DNA of 52,836 bases, filler included, from Sphacelaria rigidula (lineage: Eukaryota): the NCBI GenBank assembly GCA_964200075.2. It is 4 parts of 4 records of this genome, joined end to end, with 100 filler letters (N's around TTAATTAATTAA, not from the genome) between each part and the next. Parts side by side here need not be neighbours in the genome. Positions count along the whole stretch, not along the records: positions 13,237 to 26,370 come from CAXNAA020003121.1; 3 more parts are not named here. The stretch is one strand, 5' to 3'. Each line of letters begins with the position of its first letter. Positions within the stretch are counted from its first letter, which is position 1. Made by a program: the position numbers and the translations under genes. A model generated the notes under the pieces. It worked only from the letters and a program-made list of their open reading frames with translations, did not search any database and had not been told where the DNA came from. Positions 13,137 to 25,502 of this stretch are shown here, in pieces.

Positions 13137-13236
13137 NNNNNNNNNNNNNNNNNNNNNNNNNNNNNNNNNNNNNNNNNNNNTTAATTAATTAANNNNNNNN
13201 NNNNNNNNNNNNNNNNNNNNNNNNNNNNNNNNNNNN
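13137..13236. other. Artificial contig spacer (N44-TTAATTAATTAA-N44)
   Basis: It is exactly 100 nt, contains a six-frame stop linker, and is identical to the other two spacers. Confidence 0.97.
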
Positions 13237-13529
13237 TGTAGGGATGCGAGGTCAATGGTCTTATGACTATGGCATGTAAGATCATTAGTATCACCCTCTT
13301 CGTGGATGGTGTTATTCCTCGTCATCTTATACCGTGGTTCTCCTCCGTGTGTTGAGAGGATCATAACAATGACCCTAAAAGACCTAATTTTATTGCAACG
13401 AATCTCGATTTTTTTAGACCCCGATTTCGAAGAACTCAAAACCGGGGGGACGGTTTTATGGTACAGAAAAACAGCATCACAGATTTGTGAAACAGTTCTG
13501 TACACAGACGGTCATTTTCTGCATGAGTG

Positions 13530-13975
13530 TGGTAATACCTACTCGTGCATGAAGCCGAAGAGCATGCAGGCGGTGACTAATCCTTTGAGTACAGTTTCGT
13601 ACCTTGGTACCCTAGGGTAATACAGTGCAGTACACTCCATCAGTACAGTATATGATAATGCCGTGTGGTAGTACATAATGGCACAGCCGGTATTGCGAGA
13701 AGAGTGAGCAAACAGTGCGCCAGCAGAGTTCAGCGGTGCAGTGCCGTGCATCAACCCTCAAGTACAGCGACAACGGACAAGGAGAGTACAGTAGTAGCGC
13801 TCGTAATAGTGATACAAATGGCAGCGCAGCGCAGCATAAAATATCACCATCGCCACAGGGTACGGCATTAGCACTTATTATCCGCTTGTCAGACCCCGTG
13901 CGACGCTGCTTCAGCAGCTGGCGCGGGCAGGCACGCCCTGTGCTGTCACGAGACTGTTTCCTGCTGCCGTTGCGA
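13530..13975 (+). repeat. ~450 bp dispersed repeat; direct copy at ~18331-18780
   Basis: The copies share gtggtaa..gaagccgaaga, ggtacc(c/t)agggtaat, aagtacagcgacaacg and tgtcacgagact in the same order. Confidence 0.8.
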
Positions 13976-15453
13976 AAATATCGAACGCCTCGTACCCTAC
14001 TATTGTGCGTCAATGTACGCACGTCACCTAAAACAAATCGGGGGGAGTCATGGTCTCGGAACGATTTCCCCATTCTCTTTCGAAAAACAGTTGAGGGAAA
14101 CCGTGTCGAGATCGTGACTCCCCGATTTTTTCACCCCCGATTTGGTCCGAATCGGAGTGCATAAGATGTGTTCCCCCATTTTCTTCCTCCCGATGCTCGG
14201 AAAAATCGAGATTAGTGACTGCCATAAAAGAGGGTCTAACCCTGAACTCAACCCAACACATGACGAGAGTCCCCCGGGCGTAGGAGGATGCAGAGAGACG
14301 CCCTAGGCAAGAGACGCCCCAGGCAACGTGTGCGCCGACAGACCTCGAATCGGTGCCAAAGGCGCCGACGTAGACAACAACGCATTTGGCGCATGTTAGG
14401 AGCACTGGAGGCTGTCAACCACACTAAAGATCCAGAGGTCGGTGGTCACATCAGGAGAGCTTGCGCACTTGTTGTAACAACATATATGTCGAAATCATCA
14501 TTTTTCGAGAAAGCTCTTCAACTACTGTTTGCGACAACTGCGTAAGCACGGCTCGGGTACAGCAAAACTTCACGTGCGTACTGGTTGTTCCACCGGGAAT
14601 GCACAGGTGACCGGTGCTCGATGTAAAGGATGTTCTAGAGTGTGGTATGGTTTATCCTCAGCATCCAAAAGTTCATTACCTGGGTTGCAGCCATCCCCAG
14701 CCAAGCGTACCAAGAATTCCCGGGAAAGAGTAGACGGTAATATCTCCCATAGCATTCTCTCCCTCCGAACCGCCGTTACTGAACCCCACATCCGATGAGT
14801 CGTCTACCAACGACATACTGAAATAGCCAAGTGACGATTGCAAGGGCGGAGTTTGCCCCTCTCGCGATTCAAAGTCTAAACCGTCGGTTGAAGCGGACCT
14901 ACTGTCAGTTGAAGTAGGCAAGTTTTTCGTTTGTGCCGGTCACACCAGCTGGTCCTAATGCTGCATCGAGAGGACTTCTGCCTCGTCCTTTCACTACACG
15001 GGAAGCAGAGAGCACCCGGTGCTCGCAAGCTGATGCAGACGACCGTTTGAGGAAGCGGTGATACACGGAGCGGTGCGGTTGTTGCGGAGAAATTATGCGA
15101 GGAATTAGAATGGGGCCTCTCAGACCCGAAGTCTAAGAGAGCGCCAGCACTATCCTCTAATTCTACGCGAGAAGCTCAAACTTAGAGAGTAGCTCAATGT
15201 AGGACCCGAAACGGGGATATCGCTGATGTACCATAGCCATACAGCACACAGACCCTCCTCTTCTGGACAGAATAAAGTGAAGTATTTACAGAACAGAAAA
15301 CATGGAACACGACAGAATTATCGTGTTGAAACGATAATGACCAGTTGACACGACACACGGAAGCAAACCCTGCTCCGCACCACTTAAGCCGCCAGCCCTG
15401 TGGGCCTTCTGAACACATTCCATCACACGCAGGCACCTACAAGGCCACGAAAA

Positions 15454-16085
15454 ATGTCTTCGCTTGCAACAACAAGCACGGATGCCGCGAGTTCCGCTGC
15501 TGGAACTGTGACAGTAGCTCCTGGTGAAGACATCGATATCACAGAGGTTACGGATCAAGGCCATTCGACAGGATCATCCTCAGTAAGCAATGGTGGTGTG
15601 GGCGGTTGCGCCGGCGCGCCGCTACCCAGCACTACCACCGGCAATGATCGTAGCGTCTCCGCTACACCAGCGGTAGCAGCATCCGCTTCGTCGTCGGTCG
15701 TTGCTGGGGACCTTAAAACTGCTGTTGTCGTCAACAGCACTGGTAACAAGAAGAAAAAACGGAACAGAAAGAAAAAAGGGGGATCGGCAGCATCGTCTGG
15801 GGGGGCTGTAGACGATGAAGACGGAGGAGAGGGAACAGACGCTGCTGTTAATTCCAGCAGCGTCAATGGAGCTACGCAGGAGGCGGGGGCGCGTGGTAGT
15901 GCGGCTGGGGGTAGTAGTGGGGGAGGGGAGGGAGGGGGAGCTGTAGCATCAAATGGGGCAGGCGGTAGTGCGGGGATTCTGGGACACGCAGATTATATCC
16001 GTGCGCTGCGGCTGGAACAGGCCATGCGGTCAAGGGCTGGGCAGGCAGCGGCGGCGAAGGGAACCGATGTCCGAAAACAACATAA
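15454..16085 (+). CDS. First coding exon of a protein with a low-complexity S/G/A-rich N-terminus, possibly glycylpeptide N-myristoyltransferase (NMT)
   Basis: ATG at 15454 (AAAAATG) opens a ~210-codon frame ending CAT AA|gtaagt, a strong donor. It has a poly-Lys block (NKKKKRNRKKK) and ends ...RKQHK, as NMT N-termini do just before FWxTQPV. The next exon was not found in this contig, so the NMT identity is only an inference. Confidence 0.55.
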
Positions 16086-16695
16086 GTAAGTTGTTTTTGC
16101 TTTTATCCTTTGTGTCGTGTGCAAGACATACTCTTTTTTTTTTTTAGATTGTGGAGCAAAGATGTATGTCCGTTTGTTCATGTGCTGGGGGACAAGGATT
16201 CCGGTTTGCATCGGAGGGAAGGGTTGCTTTCGAACGCTCTTCACACACATGATCGGCACAGCTCGCCAATGGTTACATTTTCGTGGAAATAACTGACATC
16301 CCCATTCGGAACGTCTGGTTTAGTATCCTCATTTTTCCGTGACCCCCAACATGTTCACCACAACCAGTGGCCAAAGGCTTTCAGAACATGCAAATATTTC
16401 CGTTACTAGAGCTTAGGGATGGTCTCTGAAAATGCGGAAACATCGGGGAAACATCGGGCCAACGGGCAGATCTCTGAAAATGCGGAGAGACTATGTATCG
16501 ATTTCTGCCGAATATGGGAACATGCCGAAACTACTGCTGTACGGCAGCGGACGTGTTTGAATTCTCTCGAAATATTTTCATGTAAGCTTCGAGTTTTGGA
16601 GCAAGTCCAACCATGATGTTGAGACTGATCGAATACAAGGCATAATTTTCAAGATTTTCACCCCAAGCTGCGCCCAAAATATTTTCACTTGCTTA

Positions 16696-18006
16696 GGGCG
16701 TGTCTTAGGCCGGATGTTATGTCACACAGATTTTTGGCCCACGGATTCTTCACCGCAGGGACATTTGACCCCCCTTTTTGACCCCTAAAGAGCGAAAATC
16801 GCCAACACACGTCTTGGACACTTTTCATCACCCCACAGAGAGGAGCCTAGGCCACTTTTCAGATTCGCTTGGCTCCGAGGTTTCAATATTGGCCGCTGAA
16901 CAAAAATTCGTGTGCGAAAATCCGTGCTTGCCGACCCCCGCCAGTTTGCACAATATTCTGTGGAGATCGCCGTAGATGTTGTTGCACACGGATTTTTGTT
17001 CAGCGGCCGCTCTCGAAATATTGGAGCCAAGCGAATCTGAGAAGTGGGCTAGGCTCCTCTCTGCAGGATGACGCAAAGTGTCCAAGACGTGTGTCGGCAT
17101 TTTTCCCTGTTTGGGGGTCAAAAAGTGGGTCAAACTCCATAAAAGAGGACAATCCGTGGGCCAAAAGTCTGTGTGCCATAACACCCGGCCTTGGCACGAT
17201 TTTTTTGATCGAAAAAGCACGGTCGATTTTTTTTCTGCCGATCTAATAGGTCCACCGCATATATTTTCATAGAAGTCTTCAACTCAAATTATTATTGACG
17301 GCGCGCGGAGAAAAACGATTTGAGATGAAAAAATAATCATTTTCGATCGAAAACATGCGGTCGAAAAGCACGAAGCGGCACTTGACTCCTACCTTACAGA
17401 CCACCACGCCAGATAACACCTGTCCACAGGACCATGCAAACTCCATCCAAGTCATTCTCAGCTACCACCATAACCCTGCAGCATACAGCACGAGTTAAGC
17501 CCAGGGATAGATACACTACAGTGGTTGGGTATGCCTTGTTTATTTTTGTTGGCGAAAACTTGCGCATCTTTTTTCATGTTGAGGACCAGCGACGGAACTG
17601 CGTCGTGAGGTGGGCAACTGAGTTGCGTGCACGCTCATGGACAATCCAGGCAGTACAAAGCTGCATTTTGCTGAAGTCCTTTTCACGTCGCATTGTAAGC
17701 AGAGAAGATGATAGTCCTGGGCTGCCTGCACTGCACGTTGCCCGCTTCTCTTCTATATATCCTCCTGTACGAAACACGCAGACACGCACTCAAGACACCC
17801 TGCTTGCAAGCAGTGCAGACAGTACAGACTGTCTGTATTGTACACGAGTGAGCATGTACCGTTTCACGAATTTCACCGTCTTTTTTTTTTATCGAAAGCT
17901 TGAAAATTCGGTGGGACCTAACCCGAGAAAAATTAGCGAATTTCGCTCTAATCGATTCCACCGCCCCATTTTTTCGATCGAAACAAGAAGTGCTAAGACA
18001 CGACCT
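16696..18006. mobile_element. PIF/Harbinger-type host MITE family (TIR GGGCGTGTCTTAGCAC), carrying nested insertions
   Basis: The left end is tta|gggcgtgtctta[insert]gcac and the right end is gtgctaagacacgacc|tta, with internal ttttcgatcgaaaa palindromes. The same family recurs at ~21550-22290 and 22764-23130. Confidence 0.6.
16708..17190. mobile_element. Near-fully palindromic MITE, 483 bp, PIF/Harbinger-type
   Basis: Ends are GGCCGGATGTTATG...CATAACACCCGGCC, with ~210 bp arms complementary throughout. Flanks are TTA / TTG (a decayed 3-bp TSD). Confidence 0.8.
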
Positions 18007-18879
18007 TATACCTCTGAAAACAAGACGGGTTACGATAGACACGTTTTCTCCATAGCACTTGTGAATCATGACTTGAAACTTTACGCACGTGCACAGTGGC
18101 TATGCGCACGGCTTCAACTTGTCACGATTTGGCGTTAGACAGTGGTGTAGGGGACACATGCGGGCTTTTAGACTAGTCTCTATGGAGACAAATCCCGAAT
18201 CTGCAGAGGCCCTATTCTGTGCGCAGTCGTTGCGATTCAAAATTGCGGAAATCAGACCTGTAGGGGCCCATCATGGTTTCACAAATTTGTTGAAATAGTT
18301 ATATACACCTGGGGTCATTCTTGGCGAGGGTGTGGTAACACTTGCTAGTGAAGCCGAAGAACAGGCAGGCAACGAATGAATCGTCCTTCAGGTACAGTGC
18401 CGTACTGTGGTACCCCAGGGTAATGCAGGGCAGTACACACCATAATCAAAATACACGATACCGTAATGCCGTGCGATATTACGTAATGGTACAGTCAGTA
18501 TCGCGTGAACAGGCTGCGAGTGCAGTGCAGTACAAGTGCAGCGCCGTACACCATCCTGGAAGTACAGCGACAACGTGGAGTAGGATAGTACAGCGTCGTT
18601 GTTATGGTGATGCATACGGCAGTGCAGTGCGGTACGCTACCATCGCCACAAGAAACGGCGCCAACACTTCGTATACCCTTGTCCGACCCCGCGTGCGCGA
18701 CCCGTGCTACTGAGCTACTCCAGCAGGTGGTGCGGGTAGGGACGGCCTATGTTGTCACGAGACTATTTGTAGCTGCGGTTTCATCAAGATCAAACGCATC
18801 TTGCCTTATCATCGTACGTCCAGCACAGTTCATATGGTCTGATGGAACTTTCCCAGATTTTTTTACTTGATTTTAGTGC

Positions 18880-19089
18880 GAATACCGATATTCGAATCTT
18901 TGGTGGGGCTGAGAGTCCCCATTGCTCTCAGCGTGCGCAGAACGCATTTGTGTCTGAGTCAGCGTCGCAGGCGCCGATTTGAGGTCTTCTAACGCCACAC
19001 TTCGCCTAGGGAACACTTGGCACCCTTCCGTCTTGAAAGGGATGCGTGATCCATGGCTTAACCACTACGGGAAGCAACACATGAGTACG

Positions 19090-19124
<35 letters not shown>

Positions 19125-19265
19125 ACCCTACGCCCCCCCCCCCCCCCCCCCTCCCTCAATGGTCTTATGACTATGGCACATGGCACGCATGATCATGAGT
19201 ACACCCCCCTCCCTCGCCCGAGGATTCTCGGTATGCCTTGGGTTGGGTTTAGCGGTAGCGGTAGT
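18880..19265 (+). repeat. Dispersed ~200 bp repeat, here interrupted at ~19028-19212 by G-run-family inserts
   Basis: The motif chain ccgatattc..ggggctga..gcgccgatttgagg..cacttcgcctagg..gcccgagg..gggtt recurs at 25650-25830 and 29390-29605, and inverted at 14235-14400 and 19385-19480. Confidence 0.7.
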
Positions 19266-19714
19266 GTTCGTTTGAGGTAACATAGTTCCGAGAAAATTCT
19301 TCTCCGACCAAGTGGTGAACTGTTCTGAGGTTAGTTTACCACTTGGTAGTGTGGAGAACTTTCTCGGAAACTGATGATTTCGTATAACTCCAACGCCAAC
19401 GGAGGCATAACCCTCGGCCAAGGAGGCTACAACGTGTTACCTAGGCAAAGGGTGCGTTGCCAGACCTTAAATCGACGCCTCAGGCGCTGGTTTGGACGAA
19501 AACTCGTTGTAAGCACGCTAGGAGCACCCCCATTAACCCTTAGATAGCGAGCGTCGCCTCGGAACAATTTCACATGCTGACAGTCCGGAGACATCCGGGG
19601 GTTTCCAGTGGCCGGGGGGGGGGGGTAGTTTTTGACTGGGGGGGTGTCTGTCCGCAGATTAACCGAAAAGCTTGCCAAGTCAACCATGTGACTGTGGAAG
19701 TTTATCGCGGAAGA

Positions 19715-20045
19715 TTTTTAGCCGGGAACGAGGCTCGAGAGACGTGAAATGACCATTGTGACCAATCACGGTCGTCAAAATGAGTACGTAGCTTCCCTGC
19801 AGGTGGACTAAAGGTGGACTACTTCACTGTCTACTGCCATATTTCATTTTGGTCACGACAATTCAACCATAGATTACACGGGTACAAATAAGATGTTTTG
19901 TACTCCGCTCGAGGTCTGTGCCGCCTGTCTAACGCCCCGTGTGTTGCCAGCATAGCTTCACAATGTCTGTATTGTAGTGTTGTTGAACACTAAGCATAGG
20001 CATCAGCAGCATACAGTAAATTCAGTCGAGAGCGATGGCGCACTT
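19715..20045. repeat. Dispersed repeat; inverted copy at ~47000-47335
   Basis: gctcgagagacg..aatgaccatt..gaccaatcacgg..gtcaaaatgag and gtgttgccagcatagctt..gttgttgaacactaagca..aggcatcagcagcat are matched on the opposite strand in contig 4. Confidence 0.8.
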
Positions 20046-20529
20046 ATTAGAGCTCGGAAATGGTTTGTCTAACCATCAACCAGTTGGATGGTTACGCGTA
20101 GCGCACTCATTGGCCAGTTAGATGGTACATAATGGTGTGGTCATCGAGCGGCGCAGCCGCGAGCCAAAAATGCCCCGCCCCCTGCTCCGTCTCGAAAGGG
20201 ATGCGTGGTCAATGGTCAAATGACTAAGGCAAGCAACAAATGAGTACGCCCCCCCCCCCCCCGGCAGAGGGGGCCCCGCCGGAGGGGCGCTGTGCCGGAG
20301 GCACATTTTTACGCGATTTGGCTTCACTAGAGCTAAAAAAATCGTTTAATTTGTGCCAATTTTTAAGGGCTGTATGTAGCGTACGTGGCCGGTAACGTCT
20401 GATGAGACCGGTAATGGTAACTAGTGGTTTTAAACCATTATCCAAAAATTTCATGTAACCGTTATCATTATTACCATTATAATGATGATGGCCAGTTATA
20501 ACTGGTACCATTATTGAACTTTGGCACTT

Positions 20530-20775
20530 ATACTGTCTCTTGCCGTTGTATTCAGCGAAGACATACATCACACATAAATACTGACTCTGCACGCAATTGG
20601 CTGCACGGTCGAAACTGGTGAGGGGTTCCCCGGGACTTATTCCTATGTAGATGCCAAATATCCACATGCTCATGAAAAAGGCGTTGTTTGTAGCTAGAAA
20701 AAGAGCTGTTCTGAACCCCAAATGTGGCATAGTCCAACTCAGTCCACCTGCGGGGGGGCGCTGTCTAAGGGGTGA
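20530..20775. repeat. Dispersed repeat (probable end of a TTAA-inserting element); inverted copies at ~46755-46990 and 45000-45134 plus 46592-46680
   Basis: The copies share tatgccacattt(g/c)ggg(t)tcagaac and cagtat(g/t)t(g/a)tg, and have termini of the form aa|ccc(tt/ct)aga/cga. Confidence 0.7.
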
Positions 20776-21610
20776 AGACCCTGATTTCGGTATCTACTCT
20801 AGAATCAAGTCTGGCCAACTTACCGTACCAAGGGGCAATATCTACTGGAGGCAAGTCCGAGCTCCCCGGAGCTCCCCGGACCTACGTACAGATCGAGGTT
20901 TGTGTCTCCATCCAAACCAGTTTTCGTGGCGGCGAAATTTTCAGGGTTCGTCACGTTACACGTCACAAAATTCGTTACACGTGGAGCCCTCTGTGAAGTC
21001 CAGTCAAATAAAATTAAGCGTCGCGCCTGGCTAGTACTACAGTGGGGGACCACGTAGGGCCCCCACCGTAGTACAAGCCTGGCTTAACTTGTGTGACGAG
21101 TAACGAACCTTGTGACGTGTAACGTATAGAGATACTGACGGTCGGTCAGCTTCCGTCAAATTCAGGGGTCAGTCGGTCATTATCCATGTCTTGCGCCGCG
21201 CTCGTCTCCCCGAACATTTGGAGCACGGAAAGTATTTCAATCGCAACCTTCTCTAGGAGAAAGATGAACTTGTTACAAAAGGTGAAAGTTTCCACGATTC
21301 CAGGTGGTTCATGTTACCATATTTGTACCGGGCGTGATTTGGAGTCGAGAAATAATCTCACGGGCATGAGAGCCTGTCTGATCGAATAATTTTTCGGTCA
21401 AAGACGTGCGGCGGCAAACAAAATTTCCGATCGGATAGGTCGTCATTTCAGCATAGATGAAGTACACATGAATAGCGACCTGTCCTCACCTATCAAATCG
21501 GATTTCTTCTCTTTCCGACATTCTTTTTCTCTCGAAAAATAATTTGATAAGGCCGTGTCTTAGATCGGGTCTTCTCACTTCGTTTTTTGATCGAAAAAGT
21601 GCGGTGAAAA

Positions 21611-21817
21611 GAGTCATCCTACGATAGGGGGGGGGGTATTTGGTTGCATGAAAAAAAGGCTCATGAGTGAGTCAGCCATCCATCCAAACTTGCGTNNNNN
21701 NNNNNAACAAGCTTGTGCGAACAACCGTTGCTGCTTTCAACGACGATCTGACTCAAAATTTCGAGCAACAAAGGGCCCAAAATACCCCCCCCCCCCCTCC
21801 CTATCGTAGGATGACTC
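21611..21817. mobile_element. Small TIR element spanning an assembly gap
   Basis: GAGTCATCCTACGATAGGG(n)TATTTGG is mirrored by CCAAAATAC(n)TCCCTATCGTAGGATGACTC. Both sides are flanked by AAAA. Confidence 0.7.
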
Positions 21818-22293
21818 AAAAGCAAAAATTCCTATCTGATGGGTCGTGATTTCGATCGTTTTCAAAATATACCAGAAGAGTTGAAATCACGACCTATCAG
21901 ATAGGGGTTTCCCTTTGCCACCTAACATTTTCGATCGAAGAATATAGTGCGAATCAAGCCCTTGCCACATCATTCATCAAATAAAGTGCGGTGAAAAACA
22001 GAACATCCTATCTGATAAGGCGTGATTTCATCATGGATGAAAATAGTTGAAATCACGATCTATCAGATCGGGTTTTTTTGTTTCCCACCGCACATCTTCG
22101 ATCGAAAAATATAGTGCGAAGACACGCCCTTAGCAAGTCATTGCTCGATTGGAAGAGTGTGGTGGAAAACAAAAAAAAAACGATGCGATTGGTCGTCATT
22201 TCATCATGAATGAACATGGTTGAAATCACGACCGATCTAGTCGGTATTTTCCCTTTCCACCGCATATTTTCGATCGAAAACACAGTGTGCTAA

Positions 22294-22760
22294 GATCCAC
22301 TTTTATGGCAACGAATCCCGATTTTTACGAATAGGAGGATTTCAGCCCGTCTACAGGCGATTTTCTCCCGTGGATTGGTTTTTCGCACCCCAGTCCGTTG
22401 GGCAATGTTTTTGGGCTAGCTGTAAGCAAACCAGGTCAATTCTCCGATTCTATGGGCGTTGACCTTCGATACATCACCGTTCTGCTGAAATCGGGACATC
22501 CCCGTATCTCCCCCGCATCTCCCCCGTTTTTTTTTAATCGGGGGAGATGCGGGAGTGTCCCGATATGGGCAGAAATGTGATGAACCAAAAGTCAACGTCC
22601 ATAGAATCGGAGAAATGGTCTGATTTGCTCATAGCTAGCCGAAAAACATTGTCCATTGGACTGGGGTCCGAAAAATCAATCCACGGGAGAAAATCGCCTG
22701 TGGATGGACTGAAATCCTCATATTTGTAAAAATCGGGACTCGTTGCCATAAAAGTGGGTC
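22294..22760. mobile_element. Near-fully palindromic MITE, 467 bp, PIF/Harbinger-type
   Basis: Ends are GATCCACTTTTATGGCAACGA...TCGTTGCCATAAAAGTGGGTC, with ~230 bp arms around a short T-rich loop. TAA flanks both sides (22291-22293 and 22761-22763). Confidence 0.85.
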
Positions 22761-23802
22761 TAAGGGCGTGTATTACTGGCACATTTTTTTTCGATCGAAA
22801 ATGTGCGGTGAGAAATGAAGCTTCCGATCTGACAGGTCGTGATTTTTAACTATCGTATTTTATTTTGAATATGGTTGAAAATCACAACCACTCATATCGG
22901 AATTTTTTCGTTTTCCACTGCACTTTTCCGATCGAAAAAGTGCGGTGGAAAACAAGCAAACCGATCTGATGGGTCGTGATTTCAACCGTCTTCCAAAATT
23001 AACGACGATGGTTGAAATCACGACCGATCAGATCCAGATTTCTTTTTCCACTGCACAATTTCGATCGAATACTAATGTGCTAAGACACGCCTTAAGACAC
23101 GCCCTAGGATACGATGTAAGACACGCCCTGACCCACTCACAACTTAATGGCGAGACAATGAGTGTCGCATGACCGGTATGTTGTGGAACTATGTCTGCGA
23201 AACAGTTGAAATATCGCATCCAAGGGTGCTCCGGTAAGCAAGTATTGCGTTTTGCATGGCAAATAATGAACCATGACCAAGAGAGCACGAACACAGGACC
23301 TGCAGGTACATAAGTAGTACCGACCTTGCGTTGGGATCCGATCCCGTTATACAGGAGCCTATTCCGTGGGCAATGCAGTCATTCACTTGATTTCTGCTCT
23401 TACCTTCAAACGCGCGCAAAATTGATCGCTGGGGTGAATCATATAGCACACCAGCACCTTCGAGAAAGCCATCCCAATTTCGACTACTACGAGGCAGGTA
23501 TGATCAACGAGGCACTCGTTTTTGAGGAAGTGTTTACCCCAGTTCGCGGATGCATAAAATTCATGGTTGCTACATCTCTGAAACGGTGCTAACCCCAACT
23601 CTAACCCTACTGTATGTATGGTATTGTGCCGCTGCTGTACCGTACCAGACTTTTTTTTTTTTTCATCGGCGGCGGAAGACAACAAACAGTACAGTACTCT
23701 GGTTCCCCGCTGTGCACAGCACGCAGCGTGTGTTGTTCCTACCTTCCACACATCGGACAGGCATATCATGATATTTTTGAAAATTACTTCCTCTTGGTAC
23801 AC

Positions 23803-23840
23803 TGATCCGGATCATGATCTGGATCATGATCTGGATCATT
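23803..23840. repeat. 12-bp minisatellite (GATCTGGATCAT)n
   Basis: About 3 tandem units are visible. Confidence 0.7.
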
Positions 23841-25502
23841 TGGCCCCCCTTTTTTCCATGTTTGCTCGCCGGACGCCGAGCACGGTGCGGTGTAGCTTCT
23901 CTGACTCCGTGGTCACGTAGGTTGTGTTCGTGCACCGATGGATTCGAGAGCTTTGTTTTATTAGTTATTTCAGACGGATCATGATCTGTCCCACGTGTGC
24001 TACCTTTGCGCAGTGCTCCATAATACAAGAAATACGAGCTAGGCCCGCTGACAGTGGCTTTTGAATGAAGAACTACTATGCGATTGGTAATTCGGAAGAG
24101 TTGGGCGCTCAAATTTTGACACGACATTTTTAACGTCAACCCGCGCAACCTTATTGGGGGTGTATTGGGGGAAAAAAAACAAACAGGAAGTGAGAGCGAC
24201 TTGAAGTTTCGGCAAAAACAGGGAAAATGCTATAACTCCGTGAAAAATTGATAACAAGGGCTGCATTCTGAACAACGCTGTGCGCACTCGCGTCCAGGAT
24301 ATCGTGGTAAAGGTTCGGCCAAGAGACCTCATATTGGGCGCCGCGTCGCACTTTTCGTGTGACACGGCCGCGCCCCTTTAATCTAAGCGATAAAGGAAAC
24401 TCCAGTTATAGAGGTCATGAGTTCGAATCCCGATAGATTCTCTTTTTTTTTCGTCCGTCGTAAAGATCATATATCATGCAGTACATTTTTCTCATTTTTT
24501 TCTTTCTTCAGTTGGCGGCGGTGCCGTGTGTTACCAGGTTGGTCTGCAGTTTACAGCAATATGCTCAAGTCGCGCTGATTTGGGAAACTTGAGACGTTGT
24601 TTTGCGGAAAGCGAATGCGGTATTTACTGCTGGCCCAGCTTTTTACAGCGTGAGAGCGGATAGGGGGGGTGGAAAAAGCTTTGCAGGCAGGGAAGAGAAT
24701 CTCCCTTCCAGGGGTGTTTCGATGGTTGATGGTCGTCGCTCAAATAGTGAAATACAGCTTCACCTCCCGGCGGGCGATATTGGATATCGGGTGATGTGTA
24801 GGGGAATATATTGGATCATTCCAATGACCAAAATGATCAAAATGGTCTCTCAACCGCCTTCGGGCCTGCTGCCTGACCCAGAATTTTTCTGGAAATGTGC
24901 ATGATTGATCCGGGAAGCATTGCTAACAAATCGGGGGATTTGCACGCCCCCCCGTCACAAACAGTGATACTCTCTGTACTGTCAGCTGCTAAAAGTGTTC
25001 CAAAACGATACTAGAGGTCAAATGGTAAGTTGACGTGTGCCCGCTTGTGGACTCAGGCGCAGGAGCAAATCATTGTCTGCCCCTCAAAATAAAACATGCC
25101 TCTGTCGCCAATAGGCAAAATTAGGTCATTCGTAATGCAAGATAGCTCTTCGTTTTCCTGCTCTTGGTCGGCCGGGCGACTCCTCTTTTTTTACTTGGAG
25201 CTTGATTTTACGTCTATCATCTTCCCAGAAAATTCCTGGAAACATGCATGGTTGACTTCGGAAGCTTCTATGTTGATCTGGGAACCGGCAACCTCCCCCC
25301 CCTCCCCTAAACAAGCATCTCGCCCTTTGGATACCTCTAGATATCCCAGGACTGTCCGCCGGTAAAGCAGTTCTGAGACGAGGCTGGCGGTTAAGCGGTA
25401 AAATTGATCATGTCAAGAGATGAACACGAGAAGAACGACTGAGAAAAGGAAATATTAGGCAGCAGATTTTACCCCAATTCGCAGACGCAAATCCATGGTT
25501 AA

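Noticed and set aside
14570..14921. Divergent minus-strand gene upstream of the 15454 exon
   Set aside because: The ORFs are short and overlap in different frames, with no recognisable motif or consistent splice pattern.
17434..18138. 234-aa ORF as a possible transposase
   Set aside because: It has no DDE or other recognisable motif and runs into MITE terminal sequence.
19089..19155. Proline-rich ORFs from poly-C/G tracts (also 43163-43320)
   Set aside because: These are homopolymer runs tied to the G-run repeat and to low-quality sequence.
20400..20440. Hammerhead ribozyme (CTGATGAGACC...GGTTTTAAAC)
   Set aside because: The CGAAA core is missing and I could not build stems I and III.
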